The notes under the pieces are model-generated. The model saw nothing but the letters and a program-made list of their open reading frames with translations, made no database searches and was not told the origin of the DNA. Shown here piece by piece: positions 62,926 through 64,000 of a DNA stretch of 64,000 bases; position 1 is the first letter of the stretch; each line of letters starts with the position of its first letter. The stretch is taken from NCBI GenBank assembly GCA_045653705.1, contig JAZOMG010000006.1, positions 25,972 to 89,971 on the forward strand, given 5' to 3'. The stretch comes from Eubacteriales bacterium (GTDB lineage Bacteria > Bacillota > Clostridia > Oscillospirales > CAG-272). The position numbers and the translations under genes were made by a program.

Positions 62926-63555
62926 ATGAAAATGTCTACCAAGAAAAAAACTCTTCGTTTGGTTGAGCTTGCAATGCTCATCGCTTTGATTGCGGTTTTG
63001 CAATTCACAGGAGCGTCGATTCCGATAGGTCTTGTACCGCTTACGTTTGTTTTGATTCCCATATGCGTTGGCGCATTTTTGCTGGGACCTGTTGACGGCG
63101 CAATACTCGGATTTGTATTCGGACTTATAACAGTTATTCAAACGCCGCAAAACGGTATTTTGAACTTTTTGTTTCAAGCAAGTCCAATAATCTACGTTAT
63201 TCTCGCGTTAGCGAAGGCAACGCTTGCGGGATTTCTTTCGGGCTTGATATATAAGGCTCTTGATAAAGCCTTTAAGGGCAAGCTTGTGTATCTCAAAACG
63301 TTGATAGCGTCTGTCGCCGCTCCTGTTATCAACACCGCGGTGTTCGTTTTGGGTATGATAATATTTTTTATGCCTCAGCTGTCCGCGATGCCAACCGAAT
63401 TTCCTGATTACTTCAGTAAGTATGTCAATCCAATGCAGGTTTTGTTTTTAGGATTGGCAGGCTTTAATTTTCTCGGTGAAGTTATAGTTAATATTGTTCT
63501 CACACCTGCAATTGTAAGAATTGTCGATGTGGTAAAAAAGAAATTTAATTTTTAG
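62926..63555 (+). CDS. ECF transporter S (substrate-specific) component, possibly pantothenate-specific (PanT-like)
   Basis: 209 aa. Six hydrophobic helices with an S-component-like N-terminus (LVELAMLIALIAVLQF). Specificity is inferred only from adjacency to coaX. GAGGTAG Shine-Dalgarno. Confidence 0.7.
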   Translation: MKMSTKKKTLRLVELAMLIALIAVLQFTGASIPIGLVPLTFVLIPICVGAFLLGPVDGAILGFVFGLITVIQTPQNGILNFLFQASPIIYVILALAKATLAGFLSGLIYKALDKAFKGKLVYLKTLIASVAAPVINTAVFVLGMIIFFMPQLSAMPTEFPDYFSKYVNPMQVLFLGLAGFNFLGEVIVNIVLTPAIVRIVDVVKKKFNF

Positions 63556-63576
63556 TTGTATTGAAAGGATCTTATT

Positions 63577-64000
63577 ATGTCACTTCGTTCCGATAACGTA
63601 ACAAAGGGCGCTGAAAGAGCGCCTAACAGAAGCCTGTTTTATGCGATGGGCTATACAAAAGAGGAGCTTGAAAGACCGCTTATAGGCGTTATTAGCGCCC
63701 ACAGCGAGATAGTTCCGGGACATCACCATCTCGATAAGATTGCCGATGCTGTAAAGGCGGGAATCAGAATGGCGAGCGGTACGCCTGTGCTTATTCCGTC
63801 CATAGGTGTTTGCGACGGTATTGCAATGGGTCATATTGGAATGAAGTATTCTTTGGCAAGCAGAGAGCTTATTTGCGACAGCGTTGAAACTATGACGATG
63901 GCGCATCAGCTTGACGGACTTGTTCTTGTACCTAACTGTGACAAGATAGTTCCCGGTATGCTTATGGCGGCGGTTAGAATGAACGTTCCCGCCATCGTTT
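63577..64000 (+). CDS. ilvD: Dihydroxy-acid dehydratase, N-terminal fragment (continues beyond the window); not in the ORF track
   Basis: ATG at 63577 after AAAGGA. Translation is [74 protein letters not shown], the classic IlvD N-terminus. The frame is open to the window end. Confidence 0.9.
   Translation, partial: MSLRSDNVTKGAERAPNRSLFYAMGYTKEELERPLIGVISAHSEIVPGHHHLDKIADAVKAGIRMASGTPVLIPSIGVCDGIAMGHIGMKYSLASRELICDSVETMTMAHQLDGLVLVPNCDKIVPGMLMAAVRMNVPAIV

Noticed and set aside
62779-63177. 132-aa minus-strand ORF
   Set aside because: It is antisense to the leader and 5' part of the ECF S-component gene. It has no Shine-Dalgarno and an implausible composition.
63580-63906. 108-aa minus-strand ORF, the only track entry in this region
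   Set aside because: The + strand frame from ATG 63577 encodes a textbook IlvD N-terminus. That frame is missing from the track only because it has no stop inside the window.
1-64000. Search for CRISPR arrays, IS elements or transposases, integrases, prophage genes and rRNA operons
   Set aside because: No regularly spaced direct repeats, no transposase- or integrase-like translations in any ORF, and no rRNA-like sequence were seen. This is a by-eye scan only, so short or degenerate elements could be missed.

Overview
This 64 kb window looks like chromosomal DNA from a spore-forming Firmicute of the class Clostridia. The evidence is sigG, ylmC/ymxH, an ECF transporter module, three T-box leaders and RuvABC. 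It is densely packed with housekeeping genes. I call 57 CDS (two run off the window edges), one tRNA-Leu(GAG), three T-box riboswitches (Phe, Ile, probable Leu), several near-consensus sigma-A promoters and a set of rho-independent terminators. I saw no rRNA, CRISPR array, transposase, integrase or prophage genes.

The only clearly accessory block is a three-gene cassette at 51058-56280, between gpmI and the ilvA T-box, driven by its own consensus promoter. It encodes a TerB-N/TerB-C protein, a DUF2791-type P-loop ATPase and an Lhr-like SF2 helicase. This is the architecture of the Shango anti-phage system, which is little explored in Clostridia.

Other items worth a second look:
- A P-type-ATPase homologue with all catalytic motifs degenerate, start-stop coupled to a ClpE-like unfoldase.
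- An SDR gene sitting inside the pheS-pheT operon under a Phe T-box.
- A perfect 32-bp CRP-geometry palindrome on the promoter of a Crp/Fnr gene.
- An orphan sigG whose Shine-Dalgarno lies inside the upstream operon's terminator hairpin.
- A DUF951-yfhO-ruvA-ruvB operon divergent from ruvC.
- An ilv cluster interrupted by coaX plus an ECF S-component.
- A long structured rpsB leader.

All functional calls come from reading the translations and motifs by eye. No database search was run.
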